A stretch of 64,000 nucleotides of DNA from the NCBI GenBank assembly GCA_965216955.1, contig CBDCGV010000018.1:470098-534097 (forward strand), written 5' to 3'. Positions 45,676 through 56,269 of this stretch are shown one piece after another. Under the pieces are notes generated by a model, which was given only the letters and a program-made list of their open reading frames with translations, made no database searches and was not told the DNA's origin. Origin of the DNA: Chitinophagales bacterium. GTDB taxonomy: Bacteria; Bacteroidota; Bacteroidia; Chitinophagales; JADIYW01. Made by a program: the position numbers and the translations under genes. The stretch's first letter is position 1. Each line of letters begins with the position of its first letter.

Positions 45676-45765
45676 ATGCACCAAAGGTAGGATACTCCTT
45701 GCTTTTTTACAATTGATTTTAACATCAACTATTGTTGATTAATATTTGGATACAAAAAAAAACGA

Positions 45766-46467
45766 ATGAGTAATTTTACTTTTATGGAAGCAGTAGTGAG
45801 CCTTAAGGGAGCAAATATTTACCAAAAAGAAATGTTGGTATTGAGCGATGTAAATCTCGAAATTAAAAAAGGAGATTTCATCTATATCATTGGTTCTACG
45901 GGAAGTGGGAAAAGCAGCTTACTCAAAACGCTTTATGGAGATCTTGATTTACGAAGTGGTTCAGGAAAAGTCGCAGGTTTTAGCCTTGAAAATTTAAAGC
46001 TTAAGCAGCAAGCCTTTTTAAGGAGAAAGTTAGGTATTGTTTTTCAAGACTTTCAGCTTTTAATGGATAGGACTGTTGAAGAAAACCTCTCTTTTACACT
46101 TAAAGCTACTGGATGGAAAGACAATAAAATGATCAAAGATCGGATTGAACACACTTTAGATCTTGTTGGGCTTAAAACTAAACACTTTAAGATGCCACAT
46201 CAACTTTCGGGTGGTGAGCAGCAACGTGTTGTTATCGCTCGTGCATTGTTAAACAACCCTGAAGTCATTTTAGCAGATGAGCCAACGGGGAACTTAGACC
46301 CTCAAACTTCAGATGACATTATGAACTTGCTTTTTGAAATTAACAAAGAAATGGGCACTCCTATTTTAATGGCCACTCATAATTATTCTTTGATAGAGAA
46401 GTTTCCTGCACAAATCTATAAATGCGTAGGAGGAAAATTATTGAAAGATGAGCATTTGGTATTGTAG
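45766..46467 (+). CDS. ftsE: cell-division ABC ATPase FtsE-like
   Basis: 233 aa. Walker [31 protein letters not shown]. The [15 protein letters not shown] motif is typical of FtsE. Confidence 0.8.
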   Translation: MSNFTFMEAVVSLKGANIYQKEMLVLSDVNLEIKKGDFIYIIGSTGSGKSSLLKTLYGDLDLRSGSGKVAGFSLENLKLKQQAFLRRKLGIVFQDFQLLMDRTVEENLSFTLKATGWKDNKMIKDRIEHTLDLVGLKTKHFKMPHQLSGGEQQRVVIARALLNNPEVILADEPTGNLDPQTSDDIMNLLFEINKEMGTPILMATHNYSLIEKFPAQIYKCVGGKLLKDEHLVL

Positions 46468-46475
46468 GTCATTTA

Positions 46476-47609
46476 CTACCTCTCTTTCGACAAAATGGCT
46501 TGTATTTTTTTTCCATTTTCTAGATTACTGAAGTATTGATTTAATATATCTCTTCTGGAAATCATCTCTTCCTCCAGAAGTTCCCTAGTAAGCATTTTTT
46601 GAATTTCCGTATTCCATTTGCTTAGATCGTCCTCCACCGTAACAAATGGCGCAATACGCTGATCAGAAAGGGCATTATTAGTGGTTAAAATAAAACGTCC
46701 ATAATACAATGCATTAATCAATTTTAATTTAAAACCTGTCGGTTGCAATGATGGGATCAAATGCACCTGCGCTTGTTCAAATAGCGCTTCTATTTTTTCA
46801 GAGGTAGGGTTGGGAATAAATTCAATTTCCGTATGGTTTCTTAGTAGCTTTCTCAGACTATTCGTCGGATTCTTTCCTGCAATTATAAGTTTTTCTTTAA
46901 GTGAAGGATCTAATGATTTTATCAATTGGGTAATCGCTGCCACATTTTCTGAAATAGATAAATTACCACAGTACAAGAGCCCCTCACCCTTTCCTTTTTT
47001 TAACGAGACTTCATCATTACTATGAAATGGAGGAATATAATGTGTTGCCGCATCTGTCTTTTTATAAATAGATTTAAAATGTACCGCATCGCTTTCAGAG
47101 ATTGCCAACAGATATTGCGTATTATTAATTACTTCCGCCTCAAATGTTTTATATCTTTTTGATTCAAGTAATAAATATCTTTTTTTCAAAAGGTTAGATG
47201 TGCTTTTTGCAAGCAGTCCGTAATACTCGTGCTCTATGTTGTGTGCACGAACTATTTTTAGTCGATTTTTTATTCGCTTATCATTGATATAATAGCAGCT
47301 TTGAAATCCTTCAAAAAGAATTGGAAAGTCATCTTTTGCTAGATTTAGAATCAACTTTTCATCGCTTCTTATTACAACACTAATAGGTCTATTTGAAAAA
47401 GGCGTTTTCATAATTTTTATTGGATAGAAATTAATCTCCTCCACAAAATCTAAAGCAGCAATGTCTTTTTCTTTACTATCAAAATAATGTAGATGAACTT
47501 TAAATCCTAAATCTGCAAGTACCTTTATCTTATAAAATACCTCTATTGCTCCACCATAATTAGGTGGACTAGGGCATCTAAAACAAACGACATGCAACTG
47601 TTTATTCAT
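46476..47609 (-). CDS. glycosyltransferase (GT-B fold, GT4-like)
   Basis: 377 aa. N-terminal YGGAIEVFYK pattern and a C-terminal LIIAGK...HLIPS....G.KLK.INALYYG pattern. Overlaps the upstream gene by 8 nt. Confidence 0.6.
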   Translation of the reverse strand: MNKQLHVVCFRCPSPPNYGGAIEVFYKIKVLADLGFKVHLHYFDSKEKDIAALDFVEEINFYPIKIMKTPFSNRPISVVIRSDEKLILNLAKDDFPILFEGFQSCYYINDKRIKNRLKIVRAHNIEHEYYGLLAKSTSNLLKKRYLLLESKRYKTFEAEVINNTQYLLAISESDAVHFKSIYKKTDAATHYIPPFHSNDEVSLKKGKGEGLLYCGNLSISENVAAITQLIKSLDPSLKEKLIIAGKNPTNSLRKLLRNHTEIEFIPNPTSEKIEALFEQAQVHLIPSLQPTGFKLKLINALYYGRFILTTNNALSDQRIAPFVTVEDDLSKWNTEIQKMLTRELLEEEMISRRDILNQYFSNLENGKKIQAILSKER

Positions 47610-48705
47610 ATATCGTCAATAACTTATTGCATTCTTCCTGCCAATTATAATGATTACGTGCCTTTTGACATGCCCCTTGCAAGTTTAAGTATAATTCATT
47701 GTTCCTTAGCAAGGCATTAATGCCTTCAACAATTTTTAACACCTCTAAATTTTCAATAAGCAAGGCCACCTTATATTCATTATTGATATTTCTGTATTCT
47801 GGAAAATCAATACATAATTGCGGTGTTAATGCCATTATATAATCAAAAAACTTGTTACTTAAAGAATAGTAATAACTAAGTCCTTTTTTTTCCAATAAGT
47901 TAACTCCTACCTTAGCCTTTAAGGTATAAGCCCTTAATGCTTCTGGAGATAATGGTCCTAAAAACTTCACCTTATCAGCCAGCCTTTCTTGCTTCACAAA
48001 TAATCTTAAATTTTCTTCGACGTCCCCCTTCCCCGCTAATAAAAGTACTGCATCAATCTTATGCATTGCAACAATTAAGCGTTCTAGACCTCTACCTTCG
48101 TTTAAAGCCCCTTGATATAAAACATAATTTTCCTTTTCAAGAAAAGAAGGTTCCTCATATCTATAAGGTACATTTTTTATCACCTCAAATGATCTTTCAT
48201 ATAATTTATCCAGCTCATTTGCAATAGCATCGCTTACGGTGTATCCTTTATCTATCTTGGGAATTAAAAATCGTTCTAAGTACAACCAAACTTTTTTAAT
48301 AAAAAGTCTATCGCTCAGTTCTACACTTTCAGAAAAATATTCGTGAGCATCATAGAAACACTTTTTCCCCTTTATTCTAGCAACCAGCCATGCAGGAAGT
48401 AATGTATCCATATCAATACCACAAACTACATCAAATGAATTTGTAAGTAGCAAAAGAAATAGCCTAAGATTGTATTCTGCATAAAAAAGAAATCCCTTGT
48501 TAAATAGGCACTTTATTCTGAGGGTCTTAAAGGAGCGTTCAGTTAATTTCTTTGAAGATTTTAGCTTTCTCCCAACTAATAAAACGTCATTCCCCGCTTC
48601 TGATAAGGTATCACATATCTTATGCATACGTTGATCATAAGAGAGATCATTTGTAACTGTAAATATTAGTTTTCTATTTTGCAAGCTCAATTGTTTTCCC
48701 CTCAT
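47602..48705 (-). CDS. glycosyltransferase family 4-like
   Basis: 367 aa. YQGALNEGRGLE...LLLAGKGD...FLG...SNKFFDYIMALTP pattern. The track start overlaps recQ by 32 nt; a TTG at 48684 would overlap by 11 nt. Confidence 0.65.
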   Translation of the reverse strand: MRGKQLSLQNRKLIFTVTNDLSYDQRMHKICDTLSEAGNDVLLVGRKLKSSKKLTERSFKTLRIKCLFNKGFLFYAEYNLRLFLLLLTNSFDVVCGIDMDTLLPAWLVARIKGKKCFYDAHEYFSESVELSDRLFIKKVWLYLERFLIPKIDKGYTVSDAIANELDKLYERSFEVIKNVPYRYEEPSFLEKENYVLYQGALNEGRGLERLIVAMHKIDAVLLLAGKGDVEENLRLFVKQERLADKVKFLGPLSPEALRAYTLKAKVGVNLLEKKGLSYYYSLSNKFFDYIMALTPQLCIDFPEYRNINNEYKVALLIENLEVLKIVEGINALLRNNELYLNLQGACQKARNHYNWQEECNKLLTIYE

Positions 48706-50581
48706 TATTTAACTCAATCACTCCTTCATCCAATAAAAACCTTATTACTTTCAAAACATTTTGTCCTTTAAAATATCCTGCACCTTGTAAAGCTTCTATT
48801 GCCACTGCTTTCCCCTCTAATTTTAATTGTTCTAATATTGCTTTTTTTTCCTGTTCAAATGTAGCATCGTCAAGTTTATTTTTGTTGGATAAACACGTTG
48901 CACAAACACCACAATTCTCTTCTTCCAATCCAAAGTATTTACCAATAATTTTTTGTTTGCATTCCGATTCATCTAAAATGTAATGAATCATAGCATCACA
49001 TTGTTGAAGAGAGACTTTTTTGCGTTGATTAATAAATTCTTTGTCTAACAAGAGAGATTGTTTACCAACTCTATCTTTTAGTAAAGTCAACGTAGGAAAA
49101 TCTGTATATGGAACATACTTAACAACTTCCATTTTATGTAAAAATTTAAGTTGCTTCGCCAATTCTTTTGGTCCTATTTTTAATCTTGATGCAATCCAAT
49201 TCTCATTAATCATTGTATAATGATGTAAAACCCCTCCATAGCTTCTCAATAACAATCGTATTAATTGATCATAATTAATGTGTTCTACTTGAAATTTATA
49301 GAGATCTCTTTTATCTATATTAAACTTCAATCTAGAAGGTAGCCAAACCCCTTCATTTGGTAAAATATATCCTGCTTGATTTAGTATTTTAAGCGCATTA
49401 TATAAAAGCACTGCATCTATATTAAAAAGCTTAGAGAAAGAAGCAATATCAAACGCTTTTGTAAGCATTTTTCCAGTAGAAATTGCAATCTTAAGATGAT
49501 TACAAATGGCTTCATATACTCTTTTTATTTCTTTTATGTCCGGATATCTTTGCTCAACTCTCTTTTTTAAGCGACTTATATCTGCTTTGTTATAAATTAA
49601 TACAGCATAGCTTTTTTTACCGTCTCTTCCCGCTCTTCCCGCTTCTTGATAGTAGGCCTCTAAGCTATCAGGAATATCTAAATGCACTACCCACCTAACA
49701 TCAGGTTTGTCTATACCCATACCAAACGCATTGGTACAAACTATAATTGGCAATACTCCGTTTGTCCATAGCTCCTGTCTCCTACTCCTTTCTTCTGCAG
49801 ATACTCCGGCATGATAAAATGATGTATTATACCCTCTTTGGTTTAGTTTAATAGAGAGGTCTTTAGCTTTTCGCCTACTGCGCACATAGACAATTCCACT
49901 TCCAGGCGTTTTTTTAATGACCTCAATAAGCTTTGCATTCTTGTTCTCTACACTACGTGTAATAAACTGGATATTTTTTCTAACAACACTATTGACAAAA
50001 ATCTCCGTCTCTTGTAATTGCAGACGCTCCAAAATATCTTCTCTTACTCTTGGCGTAGCTGATGCAGTCAAAGCTATGATAGGCACCTCTGGTCTTAATA
50101 CTCTTAACTTTGAAATATTCAAGTAAGACGGTCTAAAATCAAATCCCCATTGAGAGATACAATGTGCTTCATCAATAGCAATTAAATTGACATTCATCTT
50201 TTTAAAACGTTCCTGAAAAACTTCCGTATCAATTCTCTCTGGAGAAATATATAAAAACTTCACCTCCCCATAAACGCAGCTATCAAGTATTAAATCAATC
50301 TCATGGTAGGTTTTTCCTGAAAATATGGCTTTGGCTTTAATATTTCTTTGCTCAAGGTTTTTCACTTGATCTTGCATTAAAGCTATCAACGGAGAAACTA
50401 CGATACAAATTCCTTCTTTAGCCATTGCAGGCACCTGAAAGCATAAAGACTTCCCTCCTCCAGTCGGTAATAAGGCTAATACGTCTTTCCCTTTAACAAC
50501 TTCCTTGATAACTGCCTCTTGCGACGAACGAAAATTATTATATCCCCAATATTCTAGTAATATGCGCCTTAAATCATCCAA
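48674..50581 (-). CDS. recQ: ATP-dependent DNA helicase RecQ
   Basis: 635 aa. FRSSQEAVI, Walker A PTGGGKS, DEAHCISQWGFDFRP, the RecQ-Ct zinc-binding Cys cluster, and an HRDC-like C-terminus. Confidence 0.93.
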   Translation of the reverse strand: MDDLRRILLEYWGYNNFRSSQEAVIKEVVKGKDVLALLPTGGGKSLCFQVPAMAKEGICIVVSPLIALMQDQVKNLEQRNIKAKAIFSGKTYHEIDLILDSCVYGEVKFLYISPERIDTEVFQERFKKMNVNLIAIDEAHCISQWGFDFRPSYLNISKLRVLRPEVPIIALTASATPRVREDILERLQLQETEIFVNSVVRKNIQFITRSVENKNAKLIEVIKKTPGSGIVYVRSRRKAKDLSIKLNQRGYNTSFYHAGVSAEERSRRQELWTNGVLPIIVCTNAFGMGIDKPDVRWVVHLDIPDSLEAYYQEAGRAGRDGKKSYAVLIYNKADISRLKKRVEQRYPDIKEIKRVYEAICNHLKIAISTGKMLTKAFDIASFSKLFNIDAVLLYNALKILNQAGYILPNEGVWLPSRLKFNIDKRDLYKFQVEHINYDQLIRLLLRSYGGVLHHYTMINENWIASRLKIGPKELAKQLKFLHKMEVVKYVPYTDFPTLTLLKDRVGKQSLLLDKEFINQRKKVSLQQCDAMIHYILDESECKQKIIGKYFGLEEENCGVCATCLSNKNKLDDATFEQEKKAILEQLKLEGKAVAIEALQGAGYFKGQNVLKVIRFLLDEGVIELNNEGKTIELAK

Positions 50582-50723
50582 CTTTACTATTTAGAAGTGT
50601 AAAGAATTATAAAAATACGGTGATTGAATGGATGTCTAGGATTTAATTCACAAAAATGGCAGTTAGAAGATAAATATTGTTTTAAATTAATCTCCTACTT
50701 TTATTATTGCGAGATAATATACT

Positions 50724-51605
50724 ATGCGAAGAATACCAGAATCAGAACTTATATTGAATAAAGATGGGAGTATTTATCATCTAAAACTATTACCTGGTCA
50801 AGTTGCGACAACCATAATAACCGTTGGTGATCCTGAACGTGTTAAAGCCATCACCAAACATTTTGATTCAATAGAAATAGAAATCAAGAATAGAGAGTTT
50901 TATACGGTTACAGGATACCATAGAGAAAAACGATTGACAGTAATTTCAACTGGAATTGGTACAGATAACATCGACATTGTTTTTAATGAGATCGACGCAC
51001 TTTTCAATATAGACTTTGAAACCAGGCAAATAAAGGATCAACTAACCATTTTAGAGTTTATTAGAATAGGCACTTCTGGGACATTCAGACCAAATATTGA
51101 TGTGGACTCTTTTTTAGTTTCTATTGCAGCGGTTGGATTAGATGGGTTGATGAGCGCATATTCTATAAATTACACTCAAAGTGAAAGTGAGATACTGCAA
51201 CAACTTCCAACAAATATTGCTTCTAATTTTATTCCTTACTGCACAAATGGGAATAGAGACCTCATTCAATTATTTGATGATTTTATCAAAGGCATAACCA
51301 TTACCTGTGCAGGATTTTACGGACCACAAGGGCGTACATTAAGAATACAACCACGTATTGTTAACTTTATTGAAACTTTGTCTGATTCAAATACTTCAGA
51401 CTACAATTTCACTAATTTTGAGATGGAAACTGCTGGAATTTATGGTCTTTCGAAACTTTTAGGCCACAAAGCTGTTTCTATAAGTGCCATACTAGCCAAT
51501 AGAGCTAATGGGACTTTTAGCACCACACCAACTGAAACAGTAGAAAAATTAATTGAGGAAGTATTAGACAAAATTGTTTCAAATCAACTATCAACTAAAA
51601 CATAG
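50724..51605 (+). CDS. nucleoside phosphorylase (PNP/UDP family)
   Basis: 293 aa. GDPERV, STGIGTDNIDI, IRIGTSG and FEMETAG motifs. Confidence 0.75.
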   Translation: MRRIPESELILNKDGSIYHLKLLPGQVATTIITVGDPERVKAITKHFDSIEIEIKNREFYTVTGYHREKRLTVISTGIGTDNIDIVFNEIDALFNIDFETRQIKDQLTILEFIRIGTSGTFRPNIDVDSFLVSIAAVGLDGLMSAYSINYTQSESEILQQLPTNIASNFIPYCTNGNRDLIQLFDDFIKGITITCAGFYGPQGRTLRIQPRIVNFIETLSDSNTSDYNFTNFEMETAGIYGLSKLLGHKAVSISAILANRANGTFSTTPTETVEKLIEEVLDKIVSNQLSTKT

Positions 51606-53934
51606 CAGTTTAAAATTCATTTTCACCTTGTTCCTTTTGGGGAGTACCATCCATATTTCAGCACAAGAAAAATTCATCTTATCAGGTAAAGTATTAGACC
51701 AAAATTCTGAGCCATTATTTGGCGCATCTATTTGGATTGAAGAAGTTGAAAATGGTACTACATCAGATATAAATGGCCATTTCAATTACCCATTATCAAA
51801 GGGCCAGTATACCATAAAAATTTCTTACATAGGTTTTGAGGACAAAATTGAAACAATTAAAATCAAAAATAACCAGCAACTTACCTTCCAGTTAGACGAA
51901 GGTGTTTCTCTTGAAACTATAACAATAAAATCAATCAATAGCAAAGCAAAAGACAATTTAGAGAACCCTTATTCTGGCTACATAAAAATGGAACAAAAAG
52001 ATATAGAAAGTTTACCTGCTATATTGGGTGAAACGGATGTAATCAAGACCATACAATTACTCCCAGGGGTTCAATCTGGTAATGAATCTTCTGCAGGGCT
52101 ATATGTTCGAGGTGGAAATACCGACCAAAATTTAATTTTGCTCGATGGAGCACCTATATATAATCCGACGCATGCTGCCGGATTTATAAGTGCCTTTAAT
52201 ACAGACATCATCAAATCCTTTGAAATTTATAAGGGTGCCTTTCCCGCCCAATACGGTAATAGGCTTTCTTCAGTGTTAGATATTGAAACACGAACAGGCA
52301 ATAAAGAAAAGCTTACCGCTGAAGGTGGCTTAGGATTACTAACAGGACGCCTGAATCTTGAAGGTCCTATATTTAATAAGAAAGCATCTTTTATCGTTGC
52401 TGCAAGATCTTTTTACAGTTATTCTTTAGCTCGATCTATCTTACCAAAAAATATTAAAGCAGACCTTCCAAAGTATTTCTTTTATGACTTATATGGCAAA
52501 CTTGATTTTAAAATTTCAGATAAAGACAATTTTTCGATCAGTGGGTTTTCAGGGGGAGATATTGTAAATTTTTCTCAAAAAGATGATGGTGAAACAACAA
52601 CAGTTAACATACCATGGTACAATCACATGGTGTCTTCTACATGGAGAAGAAAATTTAAAGATGAGATTTTTGGGTATTTACAATCCTACTATTCAAGATA
52701 CAACTTTAGTTTTAAGCTTGAAGATATATATTCAACAGATATTGCAGAGGCTTCTATAAAGGATATTGGATTAAAGTACTTTGTTAATTTTTATCCCTCA
52801 AAAAACCATAAAGTTAGAACCGGTATTGATTTAAACTATATCGTTGTAAGGCCAGAAATTAAAAAAGGTTTAGATGAGTTTAATGATTCTACGGGAGAAT
52901 ACTCGCGAGTTATTAATGAGCAAGTTGTTGGACGTGATAGGAAATCCCTTTTGCATTCGATTTATTTAAACCACGATTGGAAAATCCATCCGAGATTAGA
53001 TGCTTCTTATGGAATAAGGTTAACATATAATATCGCAAATAATGAAAATTTTCTAAGTGCAGATCCGAAAATTGCCATTAATGCAAAATTACACAGACAA
53101 GTTTCATTGAAATTTGGTTATTCTTATATCTCACAGTATGCACATATTCTGTCTAACTCAAGTGTCTCTACTCCCTTTGACATTTGGATATCTTCATCAG
53201 ATAGAGTCCCTGTACAGCGCGCTCATGAAACTTCTTTAGGCGTTTCGACAAATTTCCTCAAAGACATTCTGATTGTCAATGTCACTGGTTATTATAAAAA
53301 AATGTCTGGACAAGTTGGTTATTTACCAGGAGAGAACCTCTTTAACCATGAAGGGGAAATAGAAGATATTCTTACTACCGGAGATGGAACCGCATATGGT
53401 ATAGAATTCAATTTTAAAAAGGAGCAAGGAAAATGGCAAGGATTTATCGCTTATACTCTAGCCTGGGCCAATAGAAAATTTGACTTGCATAATAATGGTG
53501 TAAAATATCCAGCACAATTTGACAGAAGAAATGATCTTGCATTATCCCTCAATTATAATATAAATGACAAATGGTCTATTTATGGATTATTCATCTTCGG
53601 AAGTGGTTATGCCCTTACGTTACCAACAGGAAAGTTTTTTGATCCAACAAAAAATGGGTGGAACAATCCACAACAGATAACACAGTTTACAGGGAAAAAC
53701 ACTTACCGCCTAAGCCCATATCATAGAATGGATATAGGAGCAAAATATACCATTAAAAAAGAAAAAATCAATCACATATTACGATTTGATATTTACAATC
53801 TTTATAACAAGGCCAATCCATTTATCGTTTTACCTACTAATACAGTAAATGAAAATGAAATCACTTATAAAGTAATCGAATATTCCATCATTCCTACACT
53901 TCCATCAATAAGCTGGCACTTTGAATTAAAATGA
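51574..53934 (+). CDS. TonB-dependent receptor (carboxypeptidase-regulatory-like + plug + barrel)
   Basis: 786 aa. LSGKVLD...PL.GASI N-terminal domain and plug motifs (DVIKTIQLLPGV, GLYVRGG..DQN..LLDG.P.YN). TTG start; there is no in-frame ATG near the signal peptide. Overlaps the upstream gene by 32 nt. Confidence 0.85.
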   Translation: MFQINYQLKHSSLKFIFTLFLLGSTIHISAQEKFILSGKVLDQNSEPLFGASIWIEEVENGTTSDINGHFNYPLSKGQYTIKISYIGFEDKIETIKIKNNQQLTFQLDEGVSLETITIKSINSKAKDNLENPYSGYIKMEQKDIESLPAILGETDVIKTIQLLPGVQSGNESSAGLYVRGGNTDQNLILLDGAPIYNPTHAAGFISAFNTDIIKSFEIYKGAFPAQYGNRLSSVLDIETRTGNKEKLTAEGGLGLLTGRLNLEGPIFNKKASFIVAARSFYSYSLARSILPKNIKADLPKYFFYDLYGKLDFKISDKDNFSISGFSGGDIVNFSQKDDGETTTVNIPWYNHMVSSTWRRKFKDEIFGYLQSYYSRYNFSFKLEDIYSTDIAEASIKDIGLKYFVNFYPSKNHKVRTGIDLNYIVVRPEIKKGLDEFNDSTGEYSRVINEQVVGRDRKSLLHSIYLNHDWKIHPRLDASYGIRLTYNIANNENFLSADPKIAINAKLHRQVSLKFGYSYISQYAHILSNSSVSTPFDIWISSSDRVPVQRAHETSLGVSTNFLKDILIVNVTGYYKKMSGQVGYLPGENLFNHEGEIEDILTTGDGTAYGIEFNFKKEQGKWQGFIAYTLAWANRKFDLHNNGVKYPAQFDRRNDLALSLNYNINDKWSIYGLFIFGSGYALTLPTGKFFDPTKNGWNNPQQITQFTGKNTYRLSPYHRMDIGAKYTIKKEKINHILRFDIYNLYNKANPFIVLPTNTVNENEITYKVIEYSIIPTLPSISWHFELK

Positions 53935-54896
53935 GATTATTTATGGAATTCAGGTTAATACTATACATATCGTTTTTTCTACTTCTATTTTCTAACTGCG
54001 TACGAGAAAATGTTTTCGAAATTGATTTCGAAAATAAAACAGTCATACACAGTGTTTTTAACATTGATAAAAAAGCAGAGGTTTTTGTTTACAAAAATTT
54101 CCCTTTTGAACAAACCGCTACAGTAAAAGATGTATTGTTTATTGATGATGCTGTAGTCACTCTATTTGATGGAGAAAAAATATATGCAACCGAATTGAAA
54201 GAGCGTTCTGTTTCCTTTATTAATGACAATGGTTATTTAGATTCTTTTACAACAAAATCATACAAAACATTAGAAAAGATACCTCAAGGAGACACTTTAT
54301 TTCTTACTGCGGTTACAACAGATGGAATATTCTCAGCAAATGAAGCACCAGTACATAAACCTATAATTTCACATATTGAACTGGATAGTATAGAGCAAAC
54401 AAACTTACCCGGATATTATAATTATTTTTTAAAGGTGTATTTGGATGAGGTTATTGTATCAGACTTTTATAGGTATCGGCTAAAATACACTTATGACTAT
54501 ATAGACACGCTCTTCACTTATGATACATTAGGAAATATAGTTGATTCAAGATTAGACACTTTTACACTTCGGAATAATAATCTATCCAATAATTTTATTC
54601 CGGGTAATGAAGCTATTAACACTCCTATTTACATCTTTTTAAATAATCAAGTGCCCTTAATTGGCAATAAAGAAAATCCATATGAATTAGAAATCACCTT
54701 TTATAACTACCCCTCTTTTTATGTTGAATATTTACAAAACATAAAAGATTTACCCCGAGCAGATCAGTTTCAGGACCCATTTAACGAGCCCCTCAATAAT
54801 TTAACAAATATAAATGGAGAAGATGCGCTAGGAATTTTTTCTGTTATTTCTCCTTCAGAAACCTCCACTTTTGAAGTTTACCCAAAGTTTGATTAG
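53931..54896 (+). CDS. lipoprotein partner of the TonB-dependent receptor (DUF4249-type by position and size)
   Basis: 321 aa. ATG overlaps the receptor stop by 4 nt. Lipobox LLFSNC. Confidence 0.55.
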   Translation: MRLFMEFRLILYISFFLLLFSNCVRENVFEIDFENKTVIHSVFNIDKKAEVFVYKNFPFEQTATVKDVLFIDDAVVTLFDGEKIYATELKERSVSFINDNGYLDSFTTKSYKTLEKIPQGDTLFLTAVTTDGIFSANEAPVHKPIISHIELDSIEQTNLPGYYNYFLKVYLDEVIVSDFYRYRLKYTYDYIDTLFTYDTLGNIVDSRLDTFTLRNNNLSNNFIPGNEAINTPIYIFLNNQVPLIGNKENPYELEITFYNYPSFYVEYLQNIKDLPRADQFQDPFNEPLNNLTNINGEDALGIFSVISPSETSTFEVYPKFD

Positions 54897-54900
54897 CTGG

Positions 54901-55644
54901 TTATTCCATTTTAGATAGAAATACACTCAACCCTTCTTTCATTTGTGCATTCATTTTATACCGAATCGTCTCTTTTAAATAAGTTGCGACACTAAAATTA
55001 GGTGTATCTAAATGCTTATAACTAGTTATGGCATTTTGTCTATCTTCTAACCCATTAGAAAGCGCATTATTAAACAACTCAATAAACGATGGATCTATTT
55101 CCTTTAGTGAAACCCAACAGGCAAATACAAAAGGTAAAGAGGTATGGCTTTTCCAGGCTTCGCTAAGATCATATTGATAAGGAAATTTATCTAACAATCT
55201 TATAGCCCTATCTCCTATTACAAGTCCTGCGGTAGTTCCGGTAATTTCTTTTTGAAATCCAGTAAAAGCGGGTTCTAGTTTACAACTCACCTGCCAATAT
55301 TCTTTAATTAAAATTTTACAAAGCTGTACAGATGTTCTAGATTGATAATCAAGAAAGATTGTTTCTATGTCTGAAATAGGAACATCTGAAAATATTTTCA
55401 CCGTAGTAACGGGCCCATTAGAAGCAATACAATAATCAGAGATTATCTTATAATCAGGCAGATCCTTTAAAATAGCAACGGGAACCAATGCCAGGTTAAC
55501 TATGGCTTTTTCCAATTTATAAGCACTTTGAGCAGGATAATCTAATTCTAAGTCGATAACATCAATGAGGCTACTATCTTTTAAGCCATCAATAAATGGA
55601 ACCGTGTTTAAGTAATTAACCGCAGAGATTTTAATTTTTTCCAT
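54901..55644 (-). CDS. mqnA: chorismate dehydratase MqnA (futalosine pathway)
   Basis: 247 aa. The start MEKIKISAVNYLNTVPF and GDRA... are typical of MqnA periplasmic-binding-protein-fold enzymes. Confidence 0.8.
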   Translation of the reverse strand: MEKIKISAVNYLNTVPFIDGLKDSSLIDVIDLELDYPAQSAYKLEKAIVNLALVPVAILKDLPDYKIISDYCIASNGPVTTVKIFSDVPISDIETIFLDYQSRTSVQLCKILIKEYWQVSCKLEPAFTGFQKEITGTTAGLVIGDRAIRLLDKFPYQYDLSEAWKSHTSLPFVFACWVSLKEIDPSFIELFNNALSNGLEDRQNAITSYKHLDTPNFSVATYLKETIRYKMNAQMKEGLSVFLSKME

Positions 55645-56256
55645 TTATTTTAAATGATCGGTATTATTAAAAATTTCAATTTTGAATTGATCATTACCAT
55701 TCAAAAGCAACTTATACAAACAGGTATTAGAATGTGGAAACTCATCCATTTGAGCAATGGATTTTTCCGTCATTGAACACAATAAAGCTCTGATTGATCT
55801 TCCATGAGAACAAACTAATATTTTTTGATGTTTACTTCTTTTTATTTCATCTATCCAAGGTTTTTGCCTTTCTGCGAGATCAAATGCGCTTTCACCACCA
55901 TCAATTTTAATTTTAAGATAGCCTTCTCTCCATTTTTGAATAATATCTAAATATCGTTTATGTAACTGTGGGTCATGTGCAATTCCTTCATAAATGCCCC
56001 AGTCTATTTCGTCTAATGCAGGAGTTTCTATATGATGAAGCCCTTTTCTAATAAAGTCATCCATTGTTTGATGGGTACGGCGTAATTTAGAAGTATATAA
56101 TACATCAAAGTCAAAGCTGCCATAAGCATTGAAAAAAGCTGCTGCTTGCGCTTTACCAGTCTCGTTTAAACTTGAATTAACCCCTCTTCCCTGAACAATT
56201 TGTTTCAGATTATAATCTGTCTGTCCATGACGAACTAAGTAGATTTCTTTGATCAT
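55645..56256 (-). CDS. histidine phosphatase family protein (phosphoglycerate-mutase-like)
   Basis: 203 aa. Catalytic RHG motif (LVRHGQTDYN) and a later SHGRSIRAL. Confidence 0.85.
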   Translation of the reverse strand: MIKEIYLVRHGQTDYNLKQIVQGRGVNSSLNETGKAQAAAFFNAYGSFDFDVLYTSKLRRTHQTMDDFIRKGLHHIETPALDEIDWGIYEGIAHDPQLHKRYLDIIQKWREGYLKIKIDGGESAFDLAERQKPWIDEIKRSKHQKILVCSHGRSIRALLCSMTEKSIAQMDEFPHSNTCLYKLLLNGNDQFKIEIFNNTDHLK

Positions 56257-56269
56257 TTATTCACTATAA

